A stretch of DNA of 64,000 bases from Anaeramoeba ignava BMAN (GCA_028826165.1 JAPDFW010000033.1:558001-622000), one strand, 5' to 3'. Shown: positions 10,960-26,400, counted from the first letter of the stretch. Made by a program: numbers and translations. Notes: generated by a model from the sequence alone, not told the origin.

Positions 10960-12040
10960 AAATGAATTTTAATTTCAATTTCAAAATGAATTTTAATTTT
11001 AATTTCAAAATGAATTTTAATTTTAATTTTAATTATAATTTCAATTTCAATTTTAATTTTAATTTTAATTTTAATTTTAATTTTAATTTTAATAATAATT
11101 ATATTAAATTTTAATTTTGATTTTAATTTGAATTTTAATTTTAATAATAATTATAATATTAATAATAATTTTAATTTCAAAATGAATTTTAATTTTAATT
11201 TTAATTTCAATATTAATTTTAATTATAATTTTAATTTTAATTTCAATAATAATTATAATATTAAATTTTAATTTTAATTTTAAAATGAATTTTAATTTTA
11301 ATATTAATTTTAATTTTAATTTTAATTTTAATTATAATTTTAATTTTAATTTCAATTTTAATTTTAATTTTAATTTTAATTTTAATTTTAATTTTAATTT
11401 TAATTTTAATTTTAATTTTAATTTTAATTATAATTTTATAAATGAATTTTGATTTTAATTTTAATTTTAATTTTAATTTTAATTTTAATTTTAATTTTAA
11501 TTTTAATTTTAATTTTAATTTTAATTTTAATTTTAATTTTAATTTTAATTTTGATTTTAATTTTAATTTTAATTTTAATTTTAATTTTAATTTTAATTTT
11601 AATTTTAATTTCAAAATGAATTTTGATTTTAATTTGAATTTTAATTTTAATTTTAATTTTAATTTTAATTTTAATTTTAATTTTAATTTTAATTTTAATT
11701 TTAATTTGAATTTTAATTTTAATTTTAATTTTAATTTTAATTTTAATTTCAAAATGAATTTTAATTTTAATTTTAATTTTAATTTCAATTTTAATTTTAA
11801 TTTTAATTTTAATTTTAATTTTAATTTTAATTTTAATTTTAATTTTAATTTTAATTTTAATTTTAATTTCAAATTTTAAATTTTAAATTTTAATTTCAAA
11901 ATGAATTTTAATTTCAATTTTAATTTTAATTTTAAATTTAAATTTTAATTTTAATTTTAATTTTAATTTTGATTTTAATTTTAATTATAATATTAAATTT
12001 TAATTTTAAAATGAATTTTAATTTCAAAATGAATTTTGAT
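10960..12040. repeat. (TTTAAT)n hexamer microsatellite, intergenic
   Basis: Direct reading; produces the artefactual KLKL/NFNF ORFs. Confidence 0.95.
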
Positions 12041-12041
12041 T

Positions 12042-12455
12042 TTAATTTTGTAAATCAGTAATCTCTTTCTTATTTTTAACAAATTGATGAAATAAAACTT
12101 TTTGAGCCATTTGACCCAAATTAACTTTTTTCTTTTTTGAATCATTATTTTTCTTCAAAAATTTTTGAGATTTTTTAAGAAAATTATTTTCAATAGTTTG
12201 AGAAATATCAGTTAATTGGTTCAAACTATCTTTAAGAAGATCAATAGCTTTATGATTTTGTTTTCCTTGAACTCTTAAATTCATTTTATTTTCTGAAGGA
12301 TGAGGAATACTATATCCACTAAAATCTACATTAGGATTGTGCGAAAGAACAAAGTGTAATGTGTTTCCAAGCGTGTGATCCTCATCTGTTATTACAAATG
12401 TTGCATCTTCTTGTAACGCTTTTGTTGTATGTATTGTTATTTTTTTTTTTTGCAT
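12042..12455 (-). CDS. POLR1D: RNA polymerase I/III shared subunit AC19 (RPAC2/Rpc19)
   Basis: ATFVITDEDHTLGNTL...VDFSGYSIPHPSENKMNLRVQ signature. Confidence 0.9.
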   Translation of the reverse strand: MQKKKITIHTTKALQEDATFVITDEDHTLGNTLHFVLSHNPNVDFSGYSIPHPSENKMNLRVQGKQNHKAIDLLKDSLNQLTDISQTIENNFLKKSQKFLKKNNDSKKKKVNLGQMAQKVLFHQFVKNKKEITDLQN

Positions 12456-12555
12456 TTATTTCTTATTTTTTATTTTTTATTTATTTGAAAAATGAATTTT
12501 TTTTTTTTCATTTTTTTTTTCCTTTTTTTATTTTTTATTTTATTTTTTTTTTAAA

Positions 12556-15297
12556 ATGAGAAAATTATTTGGTTCTAAAAAGAAAAAAGTTGTTACTGAT
12601 GGTCCAACACTTGAAGATGCAACAAAGTTAGTAAGTCAAATAACCACAAAAATATATAAAAATACACAAAAATTACAGAAAAATAATAAATTATAAATAA
12701 AATTATAAATAAAAATATAAATAAAATTATAAATAAAATTATAAATAAAATTATAAATAAAATTATAAATTAAAATATAAATAAAAATATAAATAAAATT
12801 ATAAATTAAATTATAAATAAAATTATAATTAAAATTATAAATAAAAATATAAATAAAATTATAAATAAAAATATAAATAAAATTATAAATTAAATTATAA
12901 ATTAAATTATAAATAAAATTATAAATTAAATTATAAATCAATATGCAAATAAATAAATAAAATTATAAATAAAATTATAAATAAAATTATAAATTAAATT
13001 ATAAATTAAATTATAAATTAAATTATAAATAAAAATTATAAATAAAATTATAAATTAAAATTATAAATAAAATTATAAAATTAAATTATAAAATAAATTA
13101 TAAATTAAATTATAAATTAAATTATAAATAAAAATTATAAATTAAAAATAAATTAAAAATATAAATTAAAATATAAATAAAATTATAAATAAAATTATAA
13201 ATAAAATTATAAATAAAAATATAAATTAAATTATAAATTAAATAATAAATAAAAATATAAATAAAATTATAAATAAAATTATAAATTAAATTATAAATAA
13301 AATTATAAATAAATTATAAATTAAATTATAAATAAAATTATAAATTAAATTATAAATTAATTATAAATAAAATTATAAATAAAATTATAAAAATAAAAAT
13401 ATAAAATAAAATTATAAATAAAAATATAAATTAAAATTATAAATTAAATTATAAATAAAATTATAAATTAAATTATATAAAAATAAAAAATATAAATAAA
13501 ATTATAAATAAAATTATAAATAAAATTATAAATAAAAATTATAAAATAAAAATATAAATAAAATTATAAATAAAAATATAAATAAAAAAATATAAATAAA
13601 AATATAAATAAAATTATAAATTAAATTATAAATAAAATTATAAATAAAAATTATAAAATTAAATTAAATAAAATAAATAAAATTATAAAATAAAATTATA
13701 AAAAAATTATAAATAAAAATTATAAATAAAATTATAAATAAAATTATAAATAAAAATATAAATTAAAAATATAAATTAAATTATAAATAAAATTATAAAT
13801 AAAAATTATAAATAAAATTATAAAATAAAAATTATAAATAAAATTATAAAAAAAAATTATAAATAAAAAATATAAATAAAATTATAAATAAAATTATAAA
13901 TAAAAATTATAAATAAAATTATAAATAAAATTATAAATTAAATTATAAAAATTATAAATAAAATTATAAATAAAAATTATAAAATTAAATTATAAATAAA
14001 AATATAAATAAAATTATATAAATTAAAATTATAAATTAAAATTATAAATTAAATTATAAAATTAAATTATAAATTAAAAATAAATTAAAATATAAATAAA
14101 ATTATAAATTAAATTATAAATTAAAATTATAAATTAAAAATTATAAATTAAATTATAAATAAAAATTATAAATAAAATTATAAATAAAAATTATAAATAA
14201 AAATTATAAATAAAATTATAAATTAAATTATAAATTAAATTATAAAATAAATTTATAAATAAAATTATAAATAAAAATTATAAATAAAATTATAAAAATA
14301 AATTATAAATAAAATTATAAATAAAATTATAAAATAAATTATAAATAAAATTATAAATAAAATTATAAATTAAATTATAAATTAAATTATAAATAAAAAT
14401 TATAAAATAAAATTATAAATTAAATTATAAATAAAATTATAAATAAAAATTATAAATTAAAATTATAAATTAAATTATAAATTAAAAATTATAAATAAAA
14501 TTATAAATAAAATTATAAATTAAAATATAAATTAAATTATAAATTAAAATATAAATTAAATTATAAATAAAATTATAAATAAAATTATAAATTAAATTAT
14601 AAATTAAATTATAAATTAAATTATAAATAAAATTATAAATAAAATTATAAATTAAATTATAAATAAAATTATAAATTAAAATATAAATAAAATTATAAAT
14701 TAAATTATAAAATAAAAGTCTGAAAAAAGAGGAGAATCACTTGATGAGAAAATCAAAAAACTTGATCAACAACTTTCCGAATATCGAGCGAAAATGAAGA
14801 AAACACGACCAGGACCAGCTTTAAACTCATTAAAAAAACGAGCATTAACAATTTTAAAACAAAAGAAGATGTATGAACAACAAAGAGACTCACTTTCACA
14901 ACAAACATTCAATATGGAGCAAATAACATTTACTCAACAAACATTGAAGGACACAGTTGTTACAGTGAATGCTATGAAGTCAGCAAACACAAATCTTAAA
15001 GCTCAATTCCAAGAAATTGATGTTGATGATGTTTGGGATCTCAAGGATGATTTAGGCGATTTACTTGAAGATTCTAATGAAATTCAAGAAGCTCTTGGTC
15101 AATCTTTTTATGGAACTGAAGACTTCGATGAAGATGAACTAGAAGCTGAACTGGAAGGTTTAGAAGACGATATGGAATTGGGTGAAGAAAATCAGGAAAT
15201 GCCAAGTTATCTCGAAGTTCCAAAAGAAGAACCTAAAATTAATGACCAAGAAACTGAAGAAACTGATGAATATGGTTTACCAATGATGAAAAATTAA
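12556..15297 (+). CDS. CHMP5: ESCRT-III-associated Vps60/CHMP5; 2 exons (12556-12630, 14719-15297)
   Basis: MRKLFGSKK...GPTLEDA|SEKRGESLDEKIKKLDQQL...GPALNSLKKRALTILKQKKMYEQQRD...EIQEALG...DEDELEAELE...DEYGLP. Donor GTAAGT at 12631, acceptor AAG ending at 14718. Confidence 0.9.
12690..14717. repeat. ~12-bp satellite (TAAATAAAATTA)n filling the CHMP5 intron
   Basis: Direct reading; essentially no G or C from ~12950 to 14717. Confidence 0.95.
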
Positions 15298-15762
15298 AAA
15301 TTCTTTTCATAATTCTTTTCAAATTTCTTTTCAAATTTCTTTTTTCAAAATTCAATTTTAATTCAAATTTTTTTTTCATTTTCATTTTGATTTCAATTCA
15401 AATTTTCTTTTCAAATCAATTTTTTATATAAATCCAAAAAAAAAATTTTAATTGGAATTTTAATTTTAATTTTAATTTCAATTTTAATTTTAATTTTAAT
15501 TTTAATTTTTATTTTAATTTTAATTTGAATTTTAATTTTAATTTTGATTTTAATTTGAATTTGAATTTAAATTTTAATTTTAATTTTAATTTGAATATTA
15601 ATTTGAATTTAAATTTTAATTTTAATTTTAATTTTTAATTTTGATTTTAATTTAAATTTTAATTTTAATTTTAATTTTAATTTTGATATTAATTTTAATT
15701 TCTGATTTTAATTTTAATTTTTGATTTTAATTTGAATTTGAATTTAAATTTTAATTTTGATT

Positions 15763-18700
15763 TTAATTTGTTTTTGAATTGGAATTTAAATTTTCAATTA
15801 AATGAAATAAATGTAAATCAATTATTGATTTTTGATTTAATTGAAAATAATCTTTAACATCTCCAAGTTCTTGAATAATTGTTTGATTAACAATTTCTTT
15901 TTGAAATTCATCATTATAAAAAAAATAAATTAATTGATTTAATGTTTGAAATGATTTTTCTGTATAATCATGAACTTGATTAGTTGAATCTTGAACATTT
16001 AATTGAAACATTCCTTTGAATAATTCACTTCTTAAAATTAAAATCAATTTATGAACTTTAATTTCTTTTTCCTTAACAATTAGTGTAAAATCTTTTGTTT
16101 CATTTTGTTGATATAATTTTCCAAAATCATTTATTATTCCTTTTCTTCCTTTTTTTCTTTCAATCCAAATTGAATCAAATCCAATTTCTTTGAAAAATTG
16201 TTCAATTTTCTCTTTTTCACTGAATATATTTTCCTTTTTAAACATTGAATTTTTTGGATAATTTTGATGATCTGATTCATTTGATTCATTTGAAGAATTT
16301 TCTGAATAATTTGTACTATCAAAAGGATTAGAATTACCTGATTGAGTTGCATCAACTACATAATTAATTAATGATGTAAATAAAAGAGATAATGGATTCA
16401 ATGAATTTAAAGAAGGATTATCACTATTAAAATCATTATCATTATAAAAATCATTATCATTATAAAAATCATTATCACTATTAAAATCATTATCATTATC
16501 ATTATCATTATCATTATCATTATCATTATCATTATCATTATCATTATCATTATCATTATCATTATCATTATCATTATCATTATCACTACTATCACTACTA
16601 TCATAACTATCACTACTATCACTACTATCACTACTATCATAACTATCACTACTATCACTACTATCATAACTATCACTACTATCACTACTATCAAAATCAT
16701 GGCTCCTTAAATTAGATTCACTTTCTTTTTCCATTTCTTTTTTTACTTCTTTAAATTCTTTTTTCATTCTTTTTTTTTCTTCTTTTTTCATTTGTTTTTC
16801 TTCAAGTTCTTTTTCAATCGAAATGTATTTTTCTTGAAATTTTTCAAACTCAAAAAATCCTGTGTAAAGAAAATTGATTACATTTTCAACTTCTTCTTTT
16901 GTTTTTTGTTTGCAATAGTTTTTAAATCTTTCTAAAAGTGTTCTATTATTATTAAATCTTGCTAATAAAATTAATTTATGTGCATTGAACTTGTAAGAAT
17001 CTTTGCTTTCAATTTGATAATCTGAAAAATTATCACTTGATTTTAATAAATGATATAAATCTTGATTCAATGAATAGATTTGATGCAAAACAACAAATAA
17101 TTTCCTTGGTATTTTATCTAAATAATTTAAATCAAAAAGAATAGCATCATTCATTAATAGAATTTGAATAGCTTTTTTATTGGAATAGTAGATTGCAAAA
17201 TCTAAGGCTGTATTCCTATCCTCATTTTTTATGTTTATATCAATTCCTTTTTCAATAAGATATTCAATGATTTTCAAAGATTCTCGATCATCCCCTTTAT
17301 GTTTGCAAGCCTCATGTAAGGCAGTGTTATCATAGACTGATTTTGAATTAATATCTGCTCCATTCTCAATTAAGAATTTAACAATTTCAATTGAATTTTT
17401 GTGATTGTATTTACAAATTAGATGCAATGGTGTTTCTTGTTTTTGTGTTTTTGCATTCACAGATGCTCGATTTTCAACTAAAAATTTGACAATTTCAAAC
17501 TTATTTTTGTGATCGTATTGGCAAGCAAAGTGCAATGATGTTTCTTTTTCATCGTTTTTTAAATTGATTGTGGCTTTTTTTGAAACCAGAAATTTAATAA
17601 CTTCGAATGAATTTTTGTTTAAGTTTTTACAAGCAATATGCAAAGGTGTTAAATTGTATTTTGCTTTTGCATTAACATCTGCTCCCTTTTCAATTAAGAA
17701 TTTAATAGTTTCAAATGAATTGTGTTTTTCTAAATTTGCAAGCAATGTGCAAAGGAGTTTCTCTAATTTTATTTTTTGAGTCAATTTTGGCTCCTTTTTC
17801 AATGAGAAACTGTGCAATTTCAAATGAATTGGCTGTTTGACAAGCCAAATGCAAAGGAGTTTCCTTTTTGTCTGTTTGTTCATTAACATCTGAATTTTTT
17901 TCAACTAGAAATTTAATAACCTCAATTGCATATTTTTCGTTTGATTGACAAGACAAATGCAAAGGAGTTTCTCTCATATATTTTGTGATTGAGTTTACAT
18001 TGGCTCCCTTTTCAATTAAAATTTGAACAATTTCAAGAGAGAAACTGGATTGTTTTTCGCATGTTATATGTAAAGCTGTTCTTTGTGTTGTCGTTTTTTC
18101 ATCAACACTAATTCCTTTTGAAAGAAGAAGGTTGATGATTTTAATTGAATTTTCGTGTTGATTTCCGCAGGCAATATGCAAGGGTGTTTCGTTTTTTACT
18201 GTTTTGATATTGATGTATGCTCCTTTATCAATCAAAAATTGGACAATCTCGAATGAGTTTGGGTCTTTATTTTTACAAGCAATATGCAAAGGTGTTTCTT
18301 TTTCTTGATGTGCTTGATAATTAATATCTGCTCCTTTCTTAACAAGAAATTTGATCATTTCAAGTGATTTTTTGGAACAAACGATCCATAAAGGTGTTTC
18401 TTGTGTTATTGTCTTAGCGTTAACATCTGCTCCCATTTTAACAAGAAGTTTGGCAATTTCAAGCGAATATTCGTTTATTATTTCGCAAACTAAGTGCAAT
18501 GGTGTTTCGTGAAATGAGTTTTTGATATCGACATTTGCTCCTTTTCGAATGAGATATCGGAAGACATTAATTGAATTGCTGTCTGTATTTTGACAAATTA
18601 AATGCAGAGGTCCTTCATTATTAGTTTTTTTTTGAGAATTCACACCTGCTCCTTTTGAGACAAGAAATCTGATAATTTTAAATGAATAATCATTTTGGAT

Positions 18701-21022
18701 TTCATTTTTGCAGATTAAATATAAAGGAGACTCTTCTTTTTCTGTTTTTAAATTCACTTTTGCTCCTTTTGTAACTAGCAATTTTATAATATTCAATAAG
18801 TTTTCATTATGATCGATATCTTGACAAACAAAATGCAAGGGAGTCTTGCCTTCTAATGTTTTGGAGTTAACATTTCCTCCTTTTAAAACAAGGAGTGTGA
18901 TGATATCCAATATATTTTGATTTTCTTTTTGGTATTCGCAAATTAGATGTAATGGGGTTTCTTTTTTTAATGTTTTTAAATTAGCTTTGGCTCCATTGGA
19001 AATAAGAAACTTAATCGCACCAAATATATCTGCATTGAGTTTTTTGTTTTCGCAAATGAGATGCAAAGGTGTTTGGTTTTTATTTGTTTTTGCATTAACA
19101 TTAGCTCCTCTTGAAAAAAGAAACTTAATTGTATCAAGCGGGTGTTTTTGTAAACAAGCAAAATGCAAAGGAGTTCTGTTGTTGTTTGTTGTTTCATGAA
19201 TATTGAATCCAAGTCTAACTAGAAACTTAGCAGTTTCCAAAGATTTCCTATTAGAGCAAGCTAAATGCAAAGGAGTTTCTCCTCTTATTGTTTTGATACT
19301 CGTATCTATCCCTTTCTTTATCAGGAAATCCATGACTTTAATTGTCTCCCCAAGGCTGTAAGCCGACATAGCATGCAAAACTGTGCTTTTATCATTACTT
19401 GTTGAATTGATATCTGCTCCATTTTCAACAAGAAATTTAACAACATCGAAATCTCCTTCTACGCAAGCAGTATGCAAAGAACTTTCTCCTTTGTCATTTT
19501 TGATATTGGGGTCTGCTCCATTTTCAACAAGAAATTTAACAACATCAAAACAATTATTTTGCAAACAAGCAATTTGTAAAGGGGTTTCGTTCTCATCGAA
19601 TCCTTTAGAATTAATATCAAAACCCAATTCAAAAATAAATTTGACCATTTCTAATGAAAGATGTCTGGCTGCAATGTGAAAAGGTTCTTCATTAGAATCA
19701 GTTTTGATATTAATATCTGCTCCTTGGGAAATGAGGAATTCTGCAATTTCTGTTGAATCTTGATGGCAAGACAAATGAAAAGGTGTTGTATTGAAATCGG
19801 ATTTGCAATTGATATCAAATCCCTTTTCAAAAACAAATTTTACGACTTCAAGCGTATTTTCTTCGCAAGCACAATGAAGGCATGTTTCTCCAAACTCGTT
19901 TTTTGATTTGATATCTGCTCCCTTTGAAATGAGAAATTTTATTACTTCAATTGTATTTCCTTTACAAGCAAAATGAATAGGCGATTCCTGTAATCCTGAT
20001 TGCATGTTAATATCGCAACCATTTTCAAGAAAAAAATTAATGACTTCAATCGAATTTCTTTTGCAAGCATAATGAAATGGTTTTTCTTTGTGATATGTTT
20101 GAGCATTGATATCTTCACCATTTTCAATAAGAAATTTAACAATCTCAACCGTATTTTTTTTACTTTCGCAAGCATTATGTAACAGTGTATCTTGGTATGG
20201 TGTTTGTGTTTTTGCTCCTTTTTGGATTAAATATTTGATAATCTCAAGTGCATTTTCTTTTTGATTTCTGAAAACTAAAATCAAAGGTGTTTCTCTGTAA
20301 TTTGATTCTATATTAATATTCGCTCCATTTTTGATTAAAAATTTGATGATTTTGAAGGTTTTTGGTTGATATTTTCCAAATGCTAAATGTAATGGAGTTC
20401 TTGAACTATCTGAATCTGCATTTACTTCTGCACCTTTTGAAACAAGAAATTTAATAACTTTAATTGTATTTGTTTTACATGCAAAATGGAGTGGTGTTAA
20501 TTGAGATATTGTTTTTGCATTTACATATGCTTTCTTTGAAACAAGATATTTAATAATTTCCAATGATTTTTTTTCTTTGCAAACAAAATGTAAAGGTGTT
20601 TTTTTCGAATATTTTGTTTTTGCATTAACTTTGGCTCCTTTTTCAACAAGGAATTGAATAATTTCATTTTTATTTTTATTTTTCAATTTTTTGATTTTCT
20701 TTTCTTTTTCTTTTTCTTTTTCTTTTTCATTCCCAATCTCTTTTAATTTTTCATTTTTTTCATAAGTTTGAATTGCTTTTTGGCAAATAAAATGTAAAGG
20801 TGTTTCATTATCATATGTTTTGGCATTCACATTTGCTCCTTTTTCAATTAAAAATTTGATAATCTCAAAACAATTTGATTTTTGGCTTTGACAAATTAAA
20901 TGTAAAGGTGTTTCTTGTTTTTCTTTTGTTTTGGTATTTATATTTGCACCTTTTGAAATTAAATTTTTAATAATTTTAATTGAATTTGATTTTAAACAAG
21001 CAATAAGTAATTTTTGATCCAT
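15763..21022 (-). CDS. Large intronless ankyrin-repeat (>30 repeats) + BTB protein; one apparent frameshift at ~17730
   Basis: ORFs 21022-17711 and 17904-15763 join by removing one A in ...TGCAAATTTAGAAAAACACAATTCA (ETPLHIACKFRK|HNSFETIKFLIEKGA). BTB motifs FNAHKLILLAR and IKVHKLILILRSELFKGMF, with an SDS/DN low-complexity insert. Confidence 0.88.
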
Positions 21023-21177
21023 TTAAAAATGAAAAAAATGAAAAAAAAAAATTTTTCAGAATGTTTTTATTATCTTTTTTTTTTTAAAAAACAATTTGAA
21101 ATTGATTAAATTTTATTGAAGGAAACAAAAATATCTTTTTTGTTTTATTAATTATGATTATTTTGGTTATTAATTTT

Positions 21178-23266
21178 TTAAATGCAATCTTCCCATAATT
21201 TATCATCTAATTTAAAAAATCTTGTATGAGTACTTCTTTTACAAGCACTAAATATTCCTTTTTGGGGTTTATTTTCTTGAAGGAAATCTGATAAAGTTGA
21301 AAAATTAGAAGATTTTTGTTCACAAATTGAATTTGAATTTGAATTTGAATTTGAATTTGAATTTGAAAAACTATTAATATTCAAAAGTAGATCCATATTT
21401 TCTTTTTGATTTTGATTTTCAATTTGATTTTGATTTTCTGAATAATTTAAAAGATCTTCAAGAAATTTTAAAATTCTTTTATAAAAAATATCAGCAAAAT
21501 CATCTTGAATATTATTATGTCCAGCTCCTTCAATCCACAAAGGTTTTACAGTATTTGGCAAAGATTCATACAATTTTTTTCCATGAGAAAAATCTGCAAT
21601 TTGATCATCAACTCCATGAATAACAAGAGTTGGTTGTTTAACAAATTGTGCTTTATCAATATTAACAAACATATCAATGCTATTGCATGAAAATTTGGGT
21701 GAAACAACTGTTCTAACGCATGAAAGTATTGAAGACATTAATACTACTGCTCGGCATTTTTTGTTCATTGCTAAATGTATTGTTGGTCCAGTTCCAAGTG
21801 AATGCCCAAATAAAATTATTTGATTTTCTTTTATTCCTTTTTTTTCAATTATATAATCATATGCTGCTTCTGCTGATAAATAGGTATTTTCTTCAGTACT
21901 CTTTTTTTAATATTAATTTTAATATTAATTTAAATTTTAATTTTTATAAATGAATTTTAATTTTAATTTAAATTTTATAAATGAATTTTAATTTTATAAA
22001 TGAATTTTAATTTGAATTTTAATTTTAATTTTAATTTTAATTTTAATTTTAATTTTAATTTTAATTTTAATTTTATAAATGAATTTTAATTTTAATTTTA
22101 TAAATGAATTTTAATTTTAATTTTAATTTTAATAAATTTAAATTTTAATTTTAATTTTAATTTTAATTTTAATTTTATAAATTAATTTTAATTTTAATTT
22201 TAATTTTAATTTTAATTTTAATTTAAATTTTAATTTTAATTTTAATTTTGATTTTAATTTTAATTTTAATTTTAATTTTGATTTTAATTTTAATTTTATA
22301 AATGAATTTTAATTTTAATTTTAATTTTAATTTTAATTTTAATTTTAATTTTTTATAAATGAATTTTAATAAATGAATTTTAATTTTAATTTTGATTTTA
22401 ATTTTAATTTTATAAATGAATTTTAATTTTAATTTTAATTTTAATTTTAATTTTAATTTTAATTTTAATTTTAATTTTAATTTTAATTTTAATTTTAATT
22501 TTATAAATGAATTTTAATATTAATTTTAATTTTAATTTTAATTTTAATATTAATTTTATAAATTAATTTTAATTTTAATTTTAATTTTAATATTAATTTC
22601 ATTTTTAATTTAAAATTTAATTTTGATTTTAATTTTAATTTTAATTTTATTTTTAATTTTAATATTAATACAAATTTTAATTTTAATTTTAATTTTAATT
22701 TCATTTTTAATTTTATTTTATAAATGAATTTTATAAATGAATTTTAATTTTCATACAATTCCTTCAGTAAAAGGATATCCACAATATTCATAAAGTAAAA
22801 TATTGGAATTAGTACGATTAGAAAAAATTTGAGCCCATTTATCTAAAAAAGTAATAGATTCAGCATTTCCATGACTAAAAATAAATGTAAATCTGTTGTG
22901 AATATCCAATTCATTTAATTTTTTTTCTTCTTTTTTTTTAATTTCTTTTTCTTTTTCTTTTTTAATTTTTTTTTCTTTTTCTTTTTTAATTTTTTTTTCC
23001 TTTTTATTCCAAGAATCTGTTATATCATCTCTTGACTTTGATTTGATGTTTATGTCAATGTTTGTGTTTGTGTCTATGTCAATGTTTGTGTTCTCTAAAT
23101 TATCAATTTCTTGTTCGTCAAAGTCAATTGTTTGTGGAGTAAACCAAATAACTGGAATTTGATATTTTTTTTTGGTTTTTGTTTTAACAAATTCACAATT
23201 CGTTTTTGGAAGTTGAGGTGGATTTTGTGGTGGTTGAAAAGTTAATTGATTTGTAATTTGACCCAT
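21178..23266 (-). CDS. ABHD17-like alpha/beta hydrolase (putative depalmitoylase); exons 23266-22757 and 21900-21178
   Basis: LTFQPP, FSHGNAE, YEYCGY, nucleophile GHSLG (~21795-21808), VIHGVDD, IEGAGHNN. The intron is filled with (TTTAAT)n. Confidence 0.85.
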
Positions 23267-23400
23267 TAAAACAAAAAAAGCAAAAAAAAGAAAAAGAAAT
23301 GAAAAAATGAAAAAGAAAAAAATAAATCAAAAAAAATTTTTTATTTTAGATTTTTTTCATTTTCATTTTTTTCTAAAATAACCTTTTTTAAAATAAAATA

Positions 23401-26400
23401 ATGCAAGAAGAATTTACTCAAATTTTATTAAATGCTCAAAATATAAGTAAATTGTTAATCCTCTTTTTTTTTTAAATTTGTAAAAAAAAAAAAACAAAAA
23501 TTTTTATTTAATTTTTTTTATTTTAAAGATTTACAAATTAGACAAGAAGCTGAACAAAAAATTCAAAATGCAAGAGATTCTAATCCTGTTTTATTAACTG
23601 AAATGTTAGTTAAAGAACTTAATGATGAAGAAAAACCAATTAAATCTAGACATTTAGCTGGAATTGTTTTAAAAAATATGCTTATTTCTAAAAATAAAAG
23701 ACAAAGAGAAATACTTGCAAATGAATGGATTTCTTATGATGAAAATCATAGAACAAATATTAAAACACTTGTAAATATTTAAAATAATAAATACTTTAAA
23801 TATTTTAAATATAAATATTTTAAATAATAAATATTTTAAATATAAATATTTTAAATATAAATATTTTAATAAATATTTTAAATATAAATATTATTTTAAA
23901 TATAAATATTTTAAATATAAATATTTTAAATATAAATATTTTAAATATAAATATTTTAAATATAAATATTTTAAATATAAATATTTTAATAAATATTTTA
24001 AATATAAATATTATTTTAAATAATAAATATTTTAAATATAAATATTTTAAATAATACTTTTAATAAATATTTTAAATAATACTTTAATAAATATTTTAAA
24101 TATAAATATTTTTAATAAATATTTTAAATATAAATATTTTAATAAATATTTTAAATATAAATATTTTAATAAATATTTTAAATATAAATATTTTTAATAA
24201 ATATTTTTAAATAATAAATATTTTAAATATAAATATTTTAAATAATAAATATTTTAAATAATAAATATTTTCAATATAAATATTTTAAATAATAATTATT
24301 TTAAATATAAATATTTTTAAATAATAAATATTTTAAATAATAAATATTTTAAAATAATAAATATTTTAAATATAAATATTTTTAAATATAAATATTTTAA
24401 ATATAAATATTTTAAAATATAAATATTTTAAAATATAAATAATATTTTTAATAAATATTTTAAATAATAAATATTTTAAATATAAATATTTTAAATAATA
24501 CTTTAATAAATATTTTAAATAATACTTTTAATAAATATTTTAAATAATAAATATAAATATTTTCAATAATAAATATTCAAAATAATAAATATAAATATTT
24601 TAAATTTAAATATAAATATTTTAAATATAAATATTTTAAATAATACTTTAATAAATATTTTAAATAATACTTTAATAAATACTTTAATAAATATTAATAT
24701 TTTAAATATAAATATTTTAAATATTAATATTTTAAATAATAAATATTTTAAATAATAATATTCTAAATAATAAATATTTTAAATATAAATATTTTAATAA
24801 ATATTTTAAATATAAATATTATTTTAAATATTAATATTATTTTAGTTATATAAATCTTTTAATTCAGAATCACATATTATAAGAAATACAGCAGCAATGG
24901 TTCTTTCAGAAATTGCACTTATAGAAATACCTAAAAATTGTTGGGGAACTTCTGGAATAAGTGATATGCTAAATAATATTGAAAAAACAACAAATCCTGA
25001 TTTAAAAGAAACACTTCTTACTTTTCTTAGTTATATTTTTGAAGATATTCCTTTTGAAAATATTGAATCACAAATTTCTGATTCTTTAAGAATAATTTGT
25101 CAAGAATTAGAAAATCAAAATGAATCAATCAAAAAATCTGCAATTAAAGCATTTATTCATCTTATTAGTTTATCTGAAAAAAAACTTACAAATATTGATG
25201 ATATAAATTTTATTATTAATCTTATTCTTCAAGGAATTCAAGATCAAAATATTGAAATTGCTTCTTTATTTTATGAAAGTTTGATTAAATTTGCAACAGT
25301 TTTTTATCAATATTTATCAGATTCAATTCAAAAAATATTTAATGTAAAGAATTTCAATTTGATTTATTGTTGAAATTTTCAATTTGACATCTCAATTCAA
25401 ATTTTGAATTTTTTGGATTTAGATTTTAATATCTTCAATTACAAACCCAGATTCTCAATTATGTATAAAAGCAATTGAATTTTGGACTTCAATTTGTGAA
25501 AAAGAATTAGAAATTCAAACAAAGCTTTCAACAGTAAAAAAATCAATTACTCAAAAAAAAAAATAATGAATTATTAAAACAAAATCAAAATTTATAACAA
25601 TGAAAATTTCAACAAAAGAATTCAGAATCTAAATTAGTTTATCATAATTTCATTTCACAAGTTGCAAGTCATCTTATTCCATATTTATTTGAGAATCTTC
25701 AAAATGAATATGAATTAGATGAAAATGAATGGGATCCATCAAAAGCTTCAGTTGTTTGTATTTCTTCAATTACTTCTGTTATTGGTGATTCTGTTATTTC
25801 TATTGTTAGTTCTTTAATTGAAACTAATTTAACAAGCTCTAGTCAAAAACAACAAGAATCTGCAATTATTTGTTTTGGTTCTATTTTAGAAAATACTTCA
25901 ACTACAAAAATGAAGCCTGTTATTGAACAAGTAGAAATTAAAAATTAAAATTTATTAAAAATTAAAATTAAAATTAAAATTAAATATTCGTTTGCAAAAA
26001 GGGAATACCTATTTTTTTAGAACTTTTTAATAAATCAAATCAGCAAATTTCAAAATGGACAAGTTGGACAATTTCTAGAATTTGTCAATTTCATCCAGAA
26101 TCAATTATCAATCAAATAAATGCAATGATTGAAACATTTTTTAATGGATTAACAATGGGAGCAGAAATTGCAATTAATATATGTTGGTGTTTTCATTATC
26201 TTGCATTAGGATTAGGTGATCCTGAAAAAGAAACAGGAATTCTTTCAAATTATTTCCAAAATATTATTGAAAATTTATTTTTAGCTTCAGATCGAGATGA
26301 TTCTGATGAAACAAACCTTCGTGTTGTTTCTTATGAATCTATAATCATGAATGTTTTAAAAGCACCTCAAGATTGTTTGATTGTCATTTCAAAACTTGTT

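Noticed and set aside
11261-11879. ORFs of KLKLKL/NFNFNF type, and similar ILIL, FSFS, YLYL, IKLL ORFs at 28901, 30316, 41119, 42682, 43421, 53597
   Set aside because: Translations of microsatellites lacking stops in some frames. They lie in introns, intergenic DNA or antisense to real genes.
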